From the IMG/VR virus record IMGVR_UViG_3300046559_000446, positions 32,001 to 96,000 of that record: DNA of 64,000 nt; one strand, 5' to 3'. Of the stretch, positions 19,147-28,558 are shown piece by piece. Both the position numbers and the translations under genes were made by a program. The notes beneath the pieces are model-generated. The model was not told where the DNA came from, did no database searches, and saw only the letters and a program-made list of their open reading frames with translations. This DNA is from a virus. Every line of letters begins with the position of its first letter. The first letter of the stretch is position 1.

Positions 19147-19928
19147 CGACAACCAATCCGCTCACCTATAGCGGCTACATCAGGTCCATCGCAGCCCTGG
19201 CCGTCATCCCAACAGAGATCGATGCTGCTTCAGGGCAGTACAAGTTTAGCGAACCGAACCTCGCGATCGTGACCCCGCAGATGTTGAGCTACGCGGAGTT
19301 GCGCATCCAGCGCGACCTCGACCTGGTGGCGGGCCAGACGCAATTGACCTACACCTTGACCAGCGGGGCCTCGCTGATGGTCGTCCCCAACGAAGACATG
19401 ATCATCGTGCAGGACATATCTTTGAAAGGCGTCGACAGCAAGAAAACGACCGTTCTTACGCCGACCACGAGAGAGTTTCTCATGCTCGTGTACCCCGACG
19501 CCACGGTAACAGGCGTCCCGAAATACTTCGCTCCCTATGTTGGAAATGTCGCGCCCGATTCAGCTTTGGCTGTCACCTACCGGATCGGCCCTGCGGCGGA
19601 CCAAGGCTATGAGGCCACAGTCCTTGGCTCGGCCAGGATGCAGTCGCTGGCGCAGTTCGCCGCATCCGCGCCGAACGCCAATAATGTGACCTATGTTTCG
19701 ACCTACCATCCCGATCTTTTGCTGATGGCGAGCATGGTCTTTCTCAGCGCGTATCAGCGCAATTTCAGTTCTTCTGGCTCCGATCCGCAGATGCCGATTA
19801 ATTACGAAACGCAGTACCAGACGCTGCTCAAGAGTTCGATGATGGAGGAGCTACGCAAACGGTTCCGCATGGTGCCTGGGGCGGCGGAAGCGGCGGCCCC
19901 GCCGGCGCCGCCGCCTGGGGGAGGCTGA
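19143..19928 (+). CDS. Tail tubular/adaptor protein
   Basis: YAELRIQRDLDL, PKYFA and YETQYQ-type motifs; immediately upstream of the nozzle gene. Confidence 0.65.
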   Translation: MTTTNPLTYSGYIRSIAALAVIPTEIDAASGQYKFSEPNLAIVTPQMLSYAELRIQRDLDLVAGQTQLTYTLTSGASLMVVPNEDMIIVQDISLKGVDSKKTTVLTPTTREFLMLVYPDATVTGVPKYFAPYVGNVAPDSALAVTYRIGPAADQGYEATVLGSARMQSLAQFAASAPNANNVTYVSTYHPDLLLMASMVFLSAYQRNFSSSGSDPQMPINYETQYQTLLKSSMMEELRKRFRMVPGAAEAAAPPAPPPGGG

Positions 19929-19931
19929 TCC

Positions 19932-22103
19932 ATGCCGCATGCAACTCTCAAGATCGAACCCGGCGTCAACACTAACGAGACGCCTGTTCTCAACATGGCG
20001 GGCATCGCGGCCTGCAATTTGATCCGTTTCAAGTATGACCCGCACAATATGGGCTTGGTCGAGAAACTGGGCGGCTGGTCGAAATTTTACAGCGGCGCTT
20101 TCTCAAATGTCGTCCGCCACATCTATGCATGGCAGGAAATTGATAGCGACAAGTTTGCAGTCGTCGGGATGGAGGGCCTCGGTGGCGTCACGCTGCTGCC
20201 CGCCATTCCCAAGCTAGATCCTGTTACGGGCGCCAACACGGGTTTTTACGTAGCCGACGTCAACAACGTAAAAGACCTGACGCCTGTTTTCAGGCACTCG
20301 AATTTGACGCCGCAGTTTCACACGACCATCAATTCTCCGCTGGTGGACATCAACGACACAACTCTCGTCGGCATCCACACCACTGATTCGGTCTACATCG
20401 CGACCCACATCGCTGTCGGCGGCATTGTCTTGTTCGGTCAGTACGCCATCCAGAAAACGCTGTCCTTCACTGAGTTTCTGATCCAGTCCTCTACGCTCCT
20501 CGGCCTGCCCAATCCTGCGCTATCAACGGCGACCACGACGTCAGGCGCGCCAGGGTTGCCGATCTTCACTCCGATCGTGAGCAGCTACGAGGTGACGGTC
20601 ACTCTGCCCAACCACGGCTATCAGGTTGGCGACGTGTTTCCCCTTCTTGTGCCAGTGACACTGGCCAGCACCGTCCTCCAAATTGGCGAGCACGAGGTTC
20701 GCGCTGTCGCTGACGCCAACAATTTCACCATCCTCGCGGATGATGTGTCTAGCTCCGCAACGCCAGTAACGCTGAACGGCGGCAACGTGCGCCTGATCTA
20801 CAACATTGGCGGCGTTCCCGCCAAGATCGTCAGCGGCTATGGCGCCGGCGGCTACGGCGAAGGCGGTTACGGCACTGGCGGCACGACTGTGGTTCCGACG
20901 GGCGACGTCGTCAACGCTACCGACTGGGCCTTCGACAATTGGGGCAGCGTCCTGCTCGCCAGCCCTGAAAATCAGGTGGTCAATAATATTCCCACGTCGG
21001 GGATCTACCAGTGGACGCCTGACGTAGGCACGTCGGTTCTCGCGTTGATTGCGCAGGCGCCGCCCTGCAATGACGGCTTTTTCGTCGGCATGCCGCAGCG
21101 CCAGATCATCGCGTGGGGGTCGAGCTTCAGCGGCATTCCAGATCCGCTGCTGATCCGCTGGTGCGACGTCAACGACTACACGGCTTGGGCGGCGACGATC
21201 ACCAACCAGGCCGGCTCTTACCGCCTGCCGAAAGGCTCCAAGATCGTGGCCGGCATCCAGGGGCCGCAGCAGGGCATCATCTTCACCGACCTGGCCGTCT
21301 GGGCCATGCAGTATGTCGGCCAGCCTTACATCTATTCGTTTAACGAAATTGGCAACGGTTGCGGTCTGATCGGGCAGAAAGCGGCGACGTCGCTCAACGG
21401 CACGATTTACTGGATGAGCCAGCGCCAGTTCTTCCAGCTTTCGGGCGGCGGCGTCGCGCCGATCCCCTGCCCCGTTTGGGACGTCGTCTTTCAAAATATC
21501 GATCGGCGCTATTATGACAAGATCCGCGTCGCGCCCAACTCGATGTTCAACGAGATCGCCTGGTATTATACGTCCAACAGTTCACCAGACGGCGAGAACG
21601 ACGCCTATATCAAGTTCAACTACCTGTTGAACACCTGGGACTATGGCTTGATGGCGCGCTCGGCCTGGATCAACCAGAGCGTCGTCGGGCCGCCGCTCGC
21701 TGCGGGCCGCAGTGTTTTCGACGGCAAGATCCGCCTGTACCAGCATGACATCGCCCTCGACGCCGATGGCCAGCCGATGGATTCGTGGTTCTCTACGGGC
21801 TATTTCTCCATGTCGGACGGAGACAGCAAAGTCTTTGTCGATGAAATATGGCCTGATTTTAAGTGGGGGCCTTACAACAATCCGAACCAGAACGCCGGCG
21901 TCAAACTGACCTTCACGGCCAAGGATTTTCCAAGCCAGCAGCCGCAGATGTCCAATGCGTTTACGTTCAAGGTTGATTCGACCTACGTCACGCCGCGCCT
22001 GCGCGGACGCTTGATGCAGGTCACGATAGGAAGCAATGACGTTGGATCGTTCTGGCGCGTGGGCGGCATGCGCTATCGGCTGGCCCCAGACGGGAAATAC
22101 TGA
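19932..22103 (+). CDS. Tail nozzle / tubular protein B (P22 gp10 / T7 gp12-like beta-propeller)
   Basis: 723 aa; IRWCD, WAMQYVG and YWMSQRQFF motifs; G-G-YG insert; ends PDGKY. Confidence 0.75.
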   Translation: MPHATLKIEPGVNTNETPVLNMAGIAACNLIRFKYDPHNMGLVEKLGGWSKFYSGAFSNVVRHIYAWQEIDSDKFAVVGMEGLGGVTLLPAIPKLDPVTGANTGFYVADVNNVKDLTPVFRHSNLTPQFHTTINSPLVDINDTTLVGIHTTDSVYIATHIAVGGIVLFGQYAIQKTLSFTEFLIQSSTLLGLPNPALSTATTTSGAPGLPIFTPIVSSYEVTVTLPNHGYQVGDVFPLLVPVTLASTVLQIGEHEVRAVADANNFTILADDVSSSATPVTLNGGNVRLIYNIGGVPAKIVSGYGAGGYGEGGYGTGGTTVVPTGDVVNATDWAFDNWGSVLLASPENQVVNNIPTSGIYQWTPDVGTSVLALIAQAPPCNDGFFVGMPQRQIIAWGSSFSGIPDPLLIRWCDVNDYTAWAATITNQAGSYRLPKGSKIVAGIQGPQQGIIFTDLAVWAMQYVGQPYIYSFNEIGNGCGLIGQKAATSLNGTIYWMSQRQFFQLSGGGVAPIPCPVWDVVFQNIDRRYYDKIRVAPNSMFNEIAWYYTSNSSPDGENDAYIKFNYLLNTWDYGLMARSAWINQSVVGPPLAAGRSVFDGKIRLYQHDIALDADGQPMDSWFSTGYFSMSDGDSKVFVDEIWPDFKWGPYNNPNQNAGVKLTFTAKDFPSQQPQMSNAFTFKVDSTYVTPRLRGRLMQVTIGSNDVGSFWRVGGMRYRLAPDGKY

Positions 22104-22105
22104 CG

Positions 22106-22516
22106 ATGACGGCTTCGCTCACAGACATCCTTTCCGCCGCCAAAAACATCGCCCAGGCGATCAATGACGCGGCGCGCGCTTATGTCGGCGTCCAGGGGTC
22201 GCAAATACAAGTGGCGATGGGCGCCAATTCGCAAGTTACGGTTGGGCCGGGGCGCATGGCCATGCTCAGTGTGATCACTGCTGGTAGCACCGTCGGAACT
22301 ATTCACGATTCCGCCACCATCACCAACGCTGCTCTCGCCAATCAGATTGCCGGCATTCCGATGACAGTCGGCATTTCTTTTGTCAATTTGCCGTTCAACA
22401 ACGGCCTCGCCATCAAGCCAGGCACGGGCCAGGTGGTGGCGGTCAGCTATTCGACAGGCGCCGCCGCCGGGGATCAGACCGTTTCCTCTGAAGGCAGACG
22501 GGCGAAAGGACGCTGA
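22106..22516 (+). CDS. Hypothetical virion-region protein
   Basis: 136-aa ORF coupled to the nozzle gene. Confidence 0.6.
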   Translation: MTASLTDILSAAKNIAQAINDAARAYVGVQGSQIQVAMGANSQVTVGPGRMAMLSVITAGSTVGTIHDSATITNAALANQIAGIPMTVGISFVNLPFNNGLAIKPGTGQVVAVSYSTGAAAGDQTVSSEGRRAKGR

Positions 22517-22517
22517 C

Positions 22518-23210
22518 ATGCCACTGATCAAATCAGGGTCTAAGGAGGCCGTCAGCCAGAACATCAAAACGGAGATGGGCGCCGGCAAGCCGCAGAAGCA
22601 GGCGATTGCTATCGCCCTCGATGTCGCGCGGCGCGCGCGAGCGGAGGGCGGCGGCATGCCGACGCTCTCAAAACTAGGTTCGCCGCCTGATGTTCCAGAG
22701 ACGGTTCACGCGCATCTGTCGGCCAAGGTCCACACCGGTCCGATCCACAGCGCGGTCGCAGGCCGCACCGACCACCTGCCCGTTCACGTTCCGAGCGGCA
22801 GCTATGTCATCCCTGCCGACATCGTGTCGGGCATGGGCGAAGGAAACACCAATGCCGGATTTAAGGTCATTAAACGAACTTTCGCGGGGCTTCCATATGG
22901 CCCCAAGTCCGACCAGCCCTATGGACATAAGGGAGGCCCTTATGGAAGCGGATCGGCTCCGTATAACCAGGCAGGCGGCCCGTATGGCGAACCGCTTGTT
23001 GGCGACAGACATGCGCGCGGTGGCAAAACTGGATCCGATGTGAAGGTCGTCGTGGCGGGCGGCGAGTACACCTTGACGCCTGAAGAGGTGATGGCGGCGG
23101 GCGATGGCGATATCGATCGCGGCCACCGCGTCCTCGATGATTTCGTCAAACAGATGCGCGGCCACATCGTCAAGACGATGTCGAAGCTGCCTGGACCGAA
23201 GCGAGACTAG
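22518..23210 (+). CDS. Internal virion protein with GRTDHLP...SYVIPAD...GGEY domain
   Basis: AAAGGA RBS; N-terminal KQAIAIAL helix and RAEGG/HARGG tags. Confidence 0.65.
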   Translation: MPLIKSGSKEAVSQNIKTEMGAGKPQKQAIAIALDVARRARAEGGGMPTLSKLGSPPDVPETVHAHLSAKVHTGPIHSAVAGRTDHLPVHVPSGSYVIPADIVSGMGEGNTNAGFKVIKRTFAGLPYGPKSDQPYGHKGGPYGSGSAPYNQAGGPYGEPLVGDRHARGGKTGSDVKVVVAGGEYTLTPEEVMAAGDGDIDRGHRVLDDFVKQMRGHIVKTMSKLPGPKRD

Positions 23211-23214
23211 GCAA

Positions 23215-23718
23215 ATGAGCGAGATACAAGTGAGATACGGCGTTCCAGCCGACGTGCATAATTTCATGGACCTGACGGCCATGTGCGCGGAAGAGAACGG
23301 CCTGCTCGCGGTGAGCAGGAGGAAAGTGCTGGAGGAGGTATGGGCCAGCCTGAACTGGGACCACGGCGTGATCGGCGTGGTCGAGGGCGACAGCGGCATC
23401 CTGGAGGCCGGCATCCTGCTCCGCGTGGACACGACGCCCTACAGCGTCGAGGAAGTCCTGTGCGAGCGCGCGATCTACGTGCGGCCAGAATTTCGTAAAG
23501 TGCAGCGCAGCCTCTATCAGGGCGGACGCGCCAGCTACCTATGCGAGTTCGCCAAGAACGCCGCCATGCGCCTCGAATTACCCCTTCTAATCAGTATTTT
23601 GTCAACGCACCGCGCTGCTGGTAAGGTGAGACTTTACGAGCGGCATTTCGGAACGCCGGCGGGCGCCTATTGGCTTTGGAACGCGAAGACGGGCCATAAG
23701 CAAGAAGCTGCGGAGTAG
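23215..23718 (+). CDS. GNAT-fold acetyltransferase-like protein (T7 gp13-like position)
   Basis: IYVRPEFRK...GRASYL resembles GNAT motif A; lies between nozzle and ejection genes. Confidence 0.55.
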   Translation: MSEIQVRYGVPADVHNFMDLTAMCAEENGLLAVSRRKVLEEVWASLNWDHGVIGVVEGDSGILEAGILLRVDTTPYSVEEVLCERAIYVRPEFRKVQRSLYQGGRASYLCEFAKNAAMRLELPLLISILSTHRAAGKVRLYERHFGTPAGAYWLWNAKTGHKQEAAE

Positions 23719-23723
23719 ACGTC

Positions 23724-26700
23724 ATGGGCGGCAAGACACAGCAGGCTTCCTCTCAGGTCACGATACCTCCGGAAGTTTTGGCGCGCTACAACGCGGTCAA
23801 TGCGCAGGCGCAGCAGACTGCCGCCACGCCCTTCCAGCAATATTCGAGCGACCCGAACGCCTTCGTGGCGCCGCTGACGGCTGCGCAAAACATGGGCCTC
23901 CAGCAGACTGCGAACTACGCCAACGCCGCCCAGCCGGGCATCAATAGCGCGATGGACATGACGCAAGGAGCGATGGGATCGGCCAATCCGTGGGAACTGA
24001 CTGGCGACAAAATCCAGCAATACATGAACCCCTACACCCAGAACGTCACTGGCCAGATGACAAATCTGATGAACCAGCAGTTCGGGGCGCAGCAGTCGGG
24101 CCAGACTGGCAATGCGATCAAGAGCGGCGCTTTTGGCGGCGATCGCGCTGGCGTTGCGGCGGCGAATCTTTCCGGGCAGCAATCGCTGGCTTATGGCAAC
24201 GCTATGGCGCCGGTGCTCCAGCAGGGCTACAACACGGCGCTCCAGACCGCCACCGGCCAGCAGGCGATCGATCTGCAGGCCCAGCAGGCCAACCTGGCGC
24301 GGCAAATGCAGGGCGCAAACCAGTACGGCCAGTTGGCCGGCATGGGTCAGCAATATGGCCTCGCCGGCGCGCAGGCTTTGATGGGCGCGGGCCAGGTCCA
24401 GCAGCAGACCCAGCAGGCCGGTCAAACGGCGCTCTACAACCAATTCCAGCAGCAGCAATCCTATCCGTTCCAGGTTGGACAGTATCTCGCCAATATCGCG
24501 GAAGGCACCGGTTCGCTGTCGGGCCAGACGTCGAACACCACGCAGCAAGCGCCGTTCTTCTCCGATCGCAAATTGAAGGAAAACATCAAGCGAATTGGCA
24601 CCGCCAAGAACGGCCTGCCGATCCACAGCTTCAATTACAAGGACGATCCCGAAAAGCTGTCTCGCCTCGGCTTCATGGCTGACGAGGTCGAGAAGAAGCA
24701 TCCGGAGGCGGTGGGCCTCGCCGGCGGCTACAAGACCGTCGACCACGAGCAGGCGATGAAGAGCGCCGGCGGCAGCGTCACTGACTTCGACCAGGGACGA
24801 GCCTACGATCGCGGCGGATACGACCTCGGCGGCGCTCCCAGCACCTATGATCCATCCTGGCAGTCTGTCACCCAGCGGCACATGGCGGGGCTGCAGGGCC
24901 AGCCGCAGCAGGGCAGCAGCCTGTACGGCGGCAAGCGGCGCCACGTTCCGGAAGGATCGGGGGGTCGCTACAGCCTGCCGAATGCGCCGACCATGCCGGG
25001 GGCAAGGCCGTCAGGCTTGAGCCAGGCTGTTGGAACAGCGCAGGCGACTGTGGGCCTCGGCCAGTCGCTTGGTGACGCCTATGACAAATACACCGGCAAG
25101 GACAAGACTGCCGCGCCCGCCGCGCCCGCCGCGCCTGCCGCGCCTGTAGTGGCGGCGAAAGCGCCCGGTACGCCTGGCACACCCGATCAGCCCGACATCA
25201 TGAATTTGAGCCGTGGCGGTCTGGCTGGAGGCGGCGAGCCGCCCATGCCGGCTATCGCCGCCGCCTCGATGGCTGGAAGGCCGGCGGAAGGCGTACCCGA
25301 CGTCACCAAAACAACGACTGCTTATGACGAGGGCCTCGCGAAAGCGCAGGATGCGCAAGTTCGCGCAAATGCGCTTCAAGACGCGGATCGCGCGCAGGCG
25401 TCAGCGGCTGGCATGTCGTTCAGGCCTGATTGGGATAACCCGATGCTGGCGCAGAGCGATCTGGCCCGCTCGATGGGCGTGTACAAGACGCTGAACGGCT
25501 ACAATGATCCGACGCATGGCGGATCCTACCTTGGTTTCGATCGCGGCGGCTACGCGACAGACGGCGGCGTGAACAGCAGCGCGGATGTGCTCAAGACCCC
25601 CGATCCGAACGCCACGCAAGACACGACCCAGATGAATATTCCGGACAAGGAGTCGCATTTCAAATTGCCCGACCCGCCCAAGCCGCCAGGCGGCGCTGGA
25701 AAGAGCGGAGCGGGCCAGGCTTTGGGTGCCGCCAAGTCGCTTATGGGCCTCGCTTCGCTCATTCCCGGCGTCGGCGCTGTCACCGGCCCGCTCGGCGCCG
25801 TAATGGGCGCAGGCGAGGCGCTGGCCGGCGCTGCCGGCGGCATGATGGTTGCGGGCGGTCGCCGCCGCAGGGGCAAGCGCAAGGGCCTGTCTGTCGGCGG
25901 TCAGGGCGAAGGCGTCGATTTCATGAGCAAGACGCGGCAGGTTGATCCTGAAATAGCGGACATTGCGGACTCGTGGAGCAGCCCTCATGACGATACTGGC
26001 AATCAGGGCGCTGGCTCCGATAACATGAGCGAATATGAGCAGGGGCGTAGGTCTGAGCATCAGGGTTCCGTCAATAACGAAACGGCGCCGCTGACCACGA
26101 GCGCGAACACTGGTCTTGCTGGTCAGGGCGTGGATTACATGAGCCAAGAGCGGCAGGGGCGCGAGCCGGAACTCAGAAGCTCCGTCCACCCTGCCATGTC
26201 GGCGTCGAATGCAACGCCTGAAGAACAAAATGCGTATCTTATGCAGCATGTCCCGCGTGAGCGTTTGCATGAAGTGATGACGCCTGCTGCCTTGGCAAAA
26301 GCGTATCCGCCCACGGAAGCGCCCGCGCGCGGAGAGCTATCTCCGACATGGAAACCCGCCGATGTGGTGATCCCCACTCCTGGCGGCGGCGAATCTCCGC
26401 TGGCAACCGATCTGGGCGGCACGTCGCGCCCGCTTCAGCATGGGGCCGAGCCGATTGCTGACGTCGATGCCGGCGGCGCTCCTACGGTGGGCCTCGCCGC
26501 TGGCGAGCGCGGATCTGGTTTTGCCGAGAAGCCTAACCTTGGAAGCGCGGAATTTCCCACTGCGGCGTTTCCCAACGCCACCGCAACGCCTGAAGAAGCC
26601 GCCGCTGCGCTCAGAGAAGCCACCTCGCCTGAAGGACGGGCGCACACGCAAGCAGTGCTGGCGAAGAGGGTTGCCGATCTTCAGGCGACCAGGGAAGCGC

Positions 26701-28556
26701 GCGAAAACGAAGAATACGGAAATAAGTCGCTGCTGCGGAAGGTGGGCGAAGCTACTGGCATGATAGCGCCCACCCGTGGCCTGGTGCCTGACGCGGAAAA
26801 GGAGGCGGCTGCTCATCTCAACGCCCCCGTCTCTCCTCTGGACAATGATCCGGAGACGCGCGTTGCCGGCCCGAACACCACGATCATTCCGTCGAACACC
26901 AACGATAAGGTCGCTGCACCCGCGCCTGGCTTGGGGGCTGCTGAAACTCCTACTGCAGTTAAGACTGCCACTGAGGCTCCCGACTCCTTTACGCCAAAAG
27001 TCACTCCAGGCGTCGGCGCTGGCGCCTTCCCGATGACGGTCAGCCCGACCGGCGTCACTGCCCCTGCTGCCGCCGCGCCCGCTCGCGAACCGGATTTGCA
27101 ATACCTGGCGGAACACAAGCAGTTCCCGCTGTCGCCAGCGCCGATCGGCGGCGATGTTCGCGCTCCCGCTGCGGCCCCCGCCCCCGCTCCCGCAAGGGTT
27201 GCGCCTCGTGGCGGCGTTGCGCCGACTGCTCCTGCTGGCGGGGCGGCCAGAGCGCCGACGCCTCCGAACGACGCCAACGGCAATCCCATCGAACAGTTCT
27301 TTGGCGGCATCGCTCGCGGCGTGGACGGCGCGCTCCACAATGTTGCCGATTTCTTCACGGGCGGCGCCCGCAATGTCGGCAACACCATCAACAGCGCGGG
27401 CCAGGTGGTCAACAGGGCGGGCCAGGCTATCGGCCAGACCGTCAACAGCGCGGGCCAGGCTATCGGCAATGAAGTCCACGGGCGCTTCAACGAATTGATG
27501 AATGGCTCGCCAAAGATGATGTCGCCTGGCGGTAATTTTCACGCCCAAGGCGTCGATCCGCGCCTGGTCAGCAACCTCACGGAAGCCACAAGGGGTCTGC
27601 CGCAAGGCTGGCATGCGCAGTTCGAATCGGGTTTCCGCCAAGGCGATAAGCGCCAGCATGGCAGGGGCAACGCGGTTGATGTCGCGCTCTATAATGAGAA
27701 GGGCGAGAGGCTCGCCAACTATCAAGACCCGACCACCTTCCGCGCCTATGAGAAATTTGCGCAAGATTTCAGGGCGGCGCAGCAGCACAACAACCCCGAA
27801 CTGAACAGCGCCACGCGCTGGGGCGGTTATTTCAGCGGCAAGACGGAAGCGCAAGGTGGGCCATATGGCGCGGTCGATCTGATGCACTTCGACCTCGGCG
27901 GGCGGCAGGGCCTCGGCATGCTCGGCGGCTCCTGGGAAGGCGGCATGACGGCGAAACAGCATGCGCTGTTCCCCGGCGCTACGTCTGTCGGCATGGGCCA
28001 GCGCCCGCCTGAAGGCTATTCGACGGCAGTGTCCACTGACAGCACTGGCGCCAGAACCGATGCGACAGGGCGCGTTTCGCCAGGCTATAGCAATGGCGTT
28101 CAGGGCATCCTCTCGCAGGAGGAAGCTTTTCGTGGGCAGGCGTATTTTGACAAGAACGCCAGCGGCAGCGGGGGCCACTGGGCTGTCGGCTACGGCTCCC
28201 ATAAGATGCGAGATCCGAACACTGGCGAAATGCGCGAAGTTCGGCAGGGCGACACCATCACGCCACAGGGCGCCCAGCAGGATATGACGCATCGCATGCA
28301 AAACGAGTACCTTCCGGCGGCGGTGAGAAAAGCCGGCGGGGTGGATGTCTGGCGCGCCCTGCCGCGCAATGTCCGCGACGGCCTCGGCTCGACCATCTGG
28401 AACTATGGCCACCTGCCCGATCCGGTCGCCGCTGCTATCAGACACGGCGGTGGCCCCAACGAGATTGCAAATGCAGTTGCGGGACTTGGCGGCAAGACGC
28501 CAGCGGCTCGCGCTCGCCGCGCTCGTGAAGCCGCGCATATTCGTGGTGGAGGTTGA
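23724..28556 (+). CDS. Large internal virion/ejection protein: Gln-rich N-terminus, internal S74-like domain, M15 peptidase and GH24 lysozyme
   Basis: SDRKLKENI at aa 280; SGFR...HGRGNAVDV...WGG...MHFD; E-x8-D and WAVGYG lysozyme motif near the C-terminus. Confidence 0.8.
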   Translation: MGGKTQQASSQVTIPPEVLARYNAVNAQAQQTAATPFQQYSSDPNAFVAPLTAAQNMGLQQTANYANAAQPGINSAMDMTQGAMGSANPWELTGDKIQQYMNPYTQNVTGQMTNLMNQQFGAQQSGQTGNAIKSGAFGGDRAGVAAANLSGQQSLAYGNAMAPVLQQGYNTALQTATGQQAIDLQAQQANLARQMQGANQYGQLAGMGQQYGLAGAQALMGAGQVQQQTQQAGQTALYNQFQQQQSYPFQVGQYLANIAEGTGSLSGQTSNTTQQAPFFSDRKLKENIKRIGTAKNGLPIHSFNYKDDPEKLSRLGFMADEVEKKHPEAVGLAGGYKTVDHEQAMKSAGGSVTDFDQGRAYDRGGYDLGGAPSTYDPSWQSVTQRHMAGLQGQPQQGSSLYGGKRRHVPEGSGGRYSLPNAPTMPGARPSGLSQAVGTAQATVGLGQSLGDAYDKYTGKDKTAAPAAPAAPAAPVVAAKAPGTPGTPDQPDIMNLSRGGLAGGGEPPMPAIAAASMAGRPAEGVPDVTKTTTAYDEGLAKAQDAQVRANALQDADRAQASAAGMSFRPDWDNPMLAQSDLARSMGVYKTLNGYNDPTHGGSYLGFDRGGYATDGGVNSSADVLKTPDPNATQDTTQMNIPDKESHFKLPDPPKPPGGAGKSGAGQALGAAKSLMGLASLIPGVGAVTGPLGAVMGAGEALAGAAGGMMVAGGRRRRGKRKGLSVGGQGEGVDFMSKTRQVDPEIADIADSWSSPHDDTGNQGAGSDNMSEYEQGRRSEHQGSVNNETAPLTTSANTGLAGQGVDYMSQERQGREPELRSSVHPAMSASNATPEEQNAYLMQHVPRERLHEVMTPAALAKAYPPTEAPARGELSPTWKPADVVIPTPGGGESPLATDLGGTSRPLQHGAEPIADVDAGGAPTVGLAAGERGSGFAEKPNLGSAEFPTAAFPNATATPEEAAAALREATSPEGRAHTQAVLAKRVADLQATREARENEEYGNKSLLRKVGEATGMIAPTRGLVPDAEKEAAAHLNAPVSPLDNDPETRVAGPNTTIIPSNTNDKVAAPAPGLGAAETPTAVKTATEAPDSFTPKVTPGVGAGAFPMTVSPTGVTAPAAAAPAREPDLQYLAEHKQFPLSPAPIGGDVRAPAAAPAPAPARVAPRGGVAPTAPAGGAARAPTPPNDANGNPIEQFFGGIARGVDGALHNVADFFTGGARNVGNTINSAGQVVNRAGQAIGQTVNSAGQAIGNEVHGRFNELMNGSPKMMSPGGNFHAQGVDPRLVSNLTEATRGLPQGWHAQFESGFRQGDKRQHGRGNAVDVALYNEKGERLANYQDPTTFRAYEKFAQDFRAAQQHNNPELNSATRWGGYFSGKTEAQGGPYGAVDLMHFDLGGRQGLGMLGGSWEGGMTAKQHALFPGATSVGMGQRPPEGYSTAVSTDSTGARTDATGRVSPGYSNGVQGILSQEEAFRGQAYFDKNASGSGGHWAVGYGSHKMRDPNTGEMREVRQGDTITPQGAQQDMTHRMQNEYLPAAVRKAGGVDVWRALPRNVRDGLGSTIWNYGHLPDPVAAAIRHGGGPNEIANAVAGLGGKTPAARARRAREAAHIRGGG

Positions 28557-28558
28557 CA

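Noticed and set aside
25111-25146. 9-bp GCGCCCGCC tandem (APAAPAAPAAP)
   Set aside because: Ordinary low-complexity linker in the ejection protein
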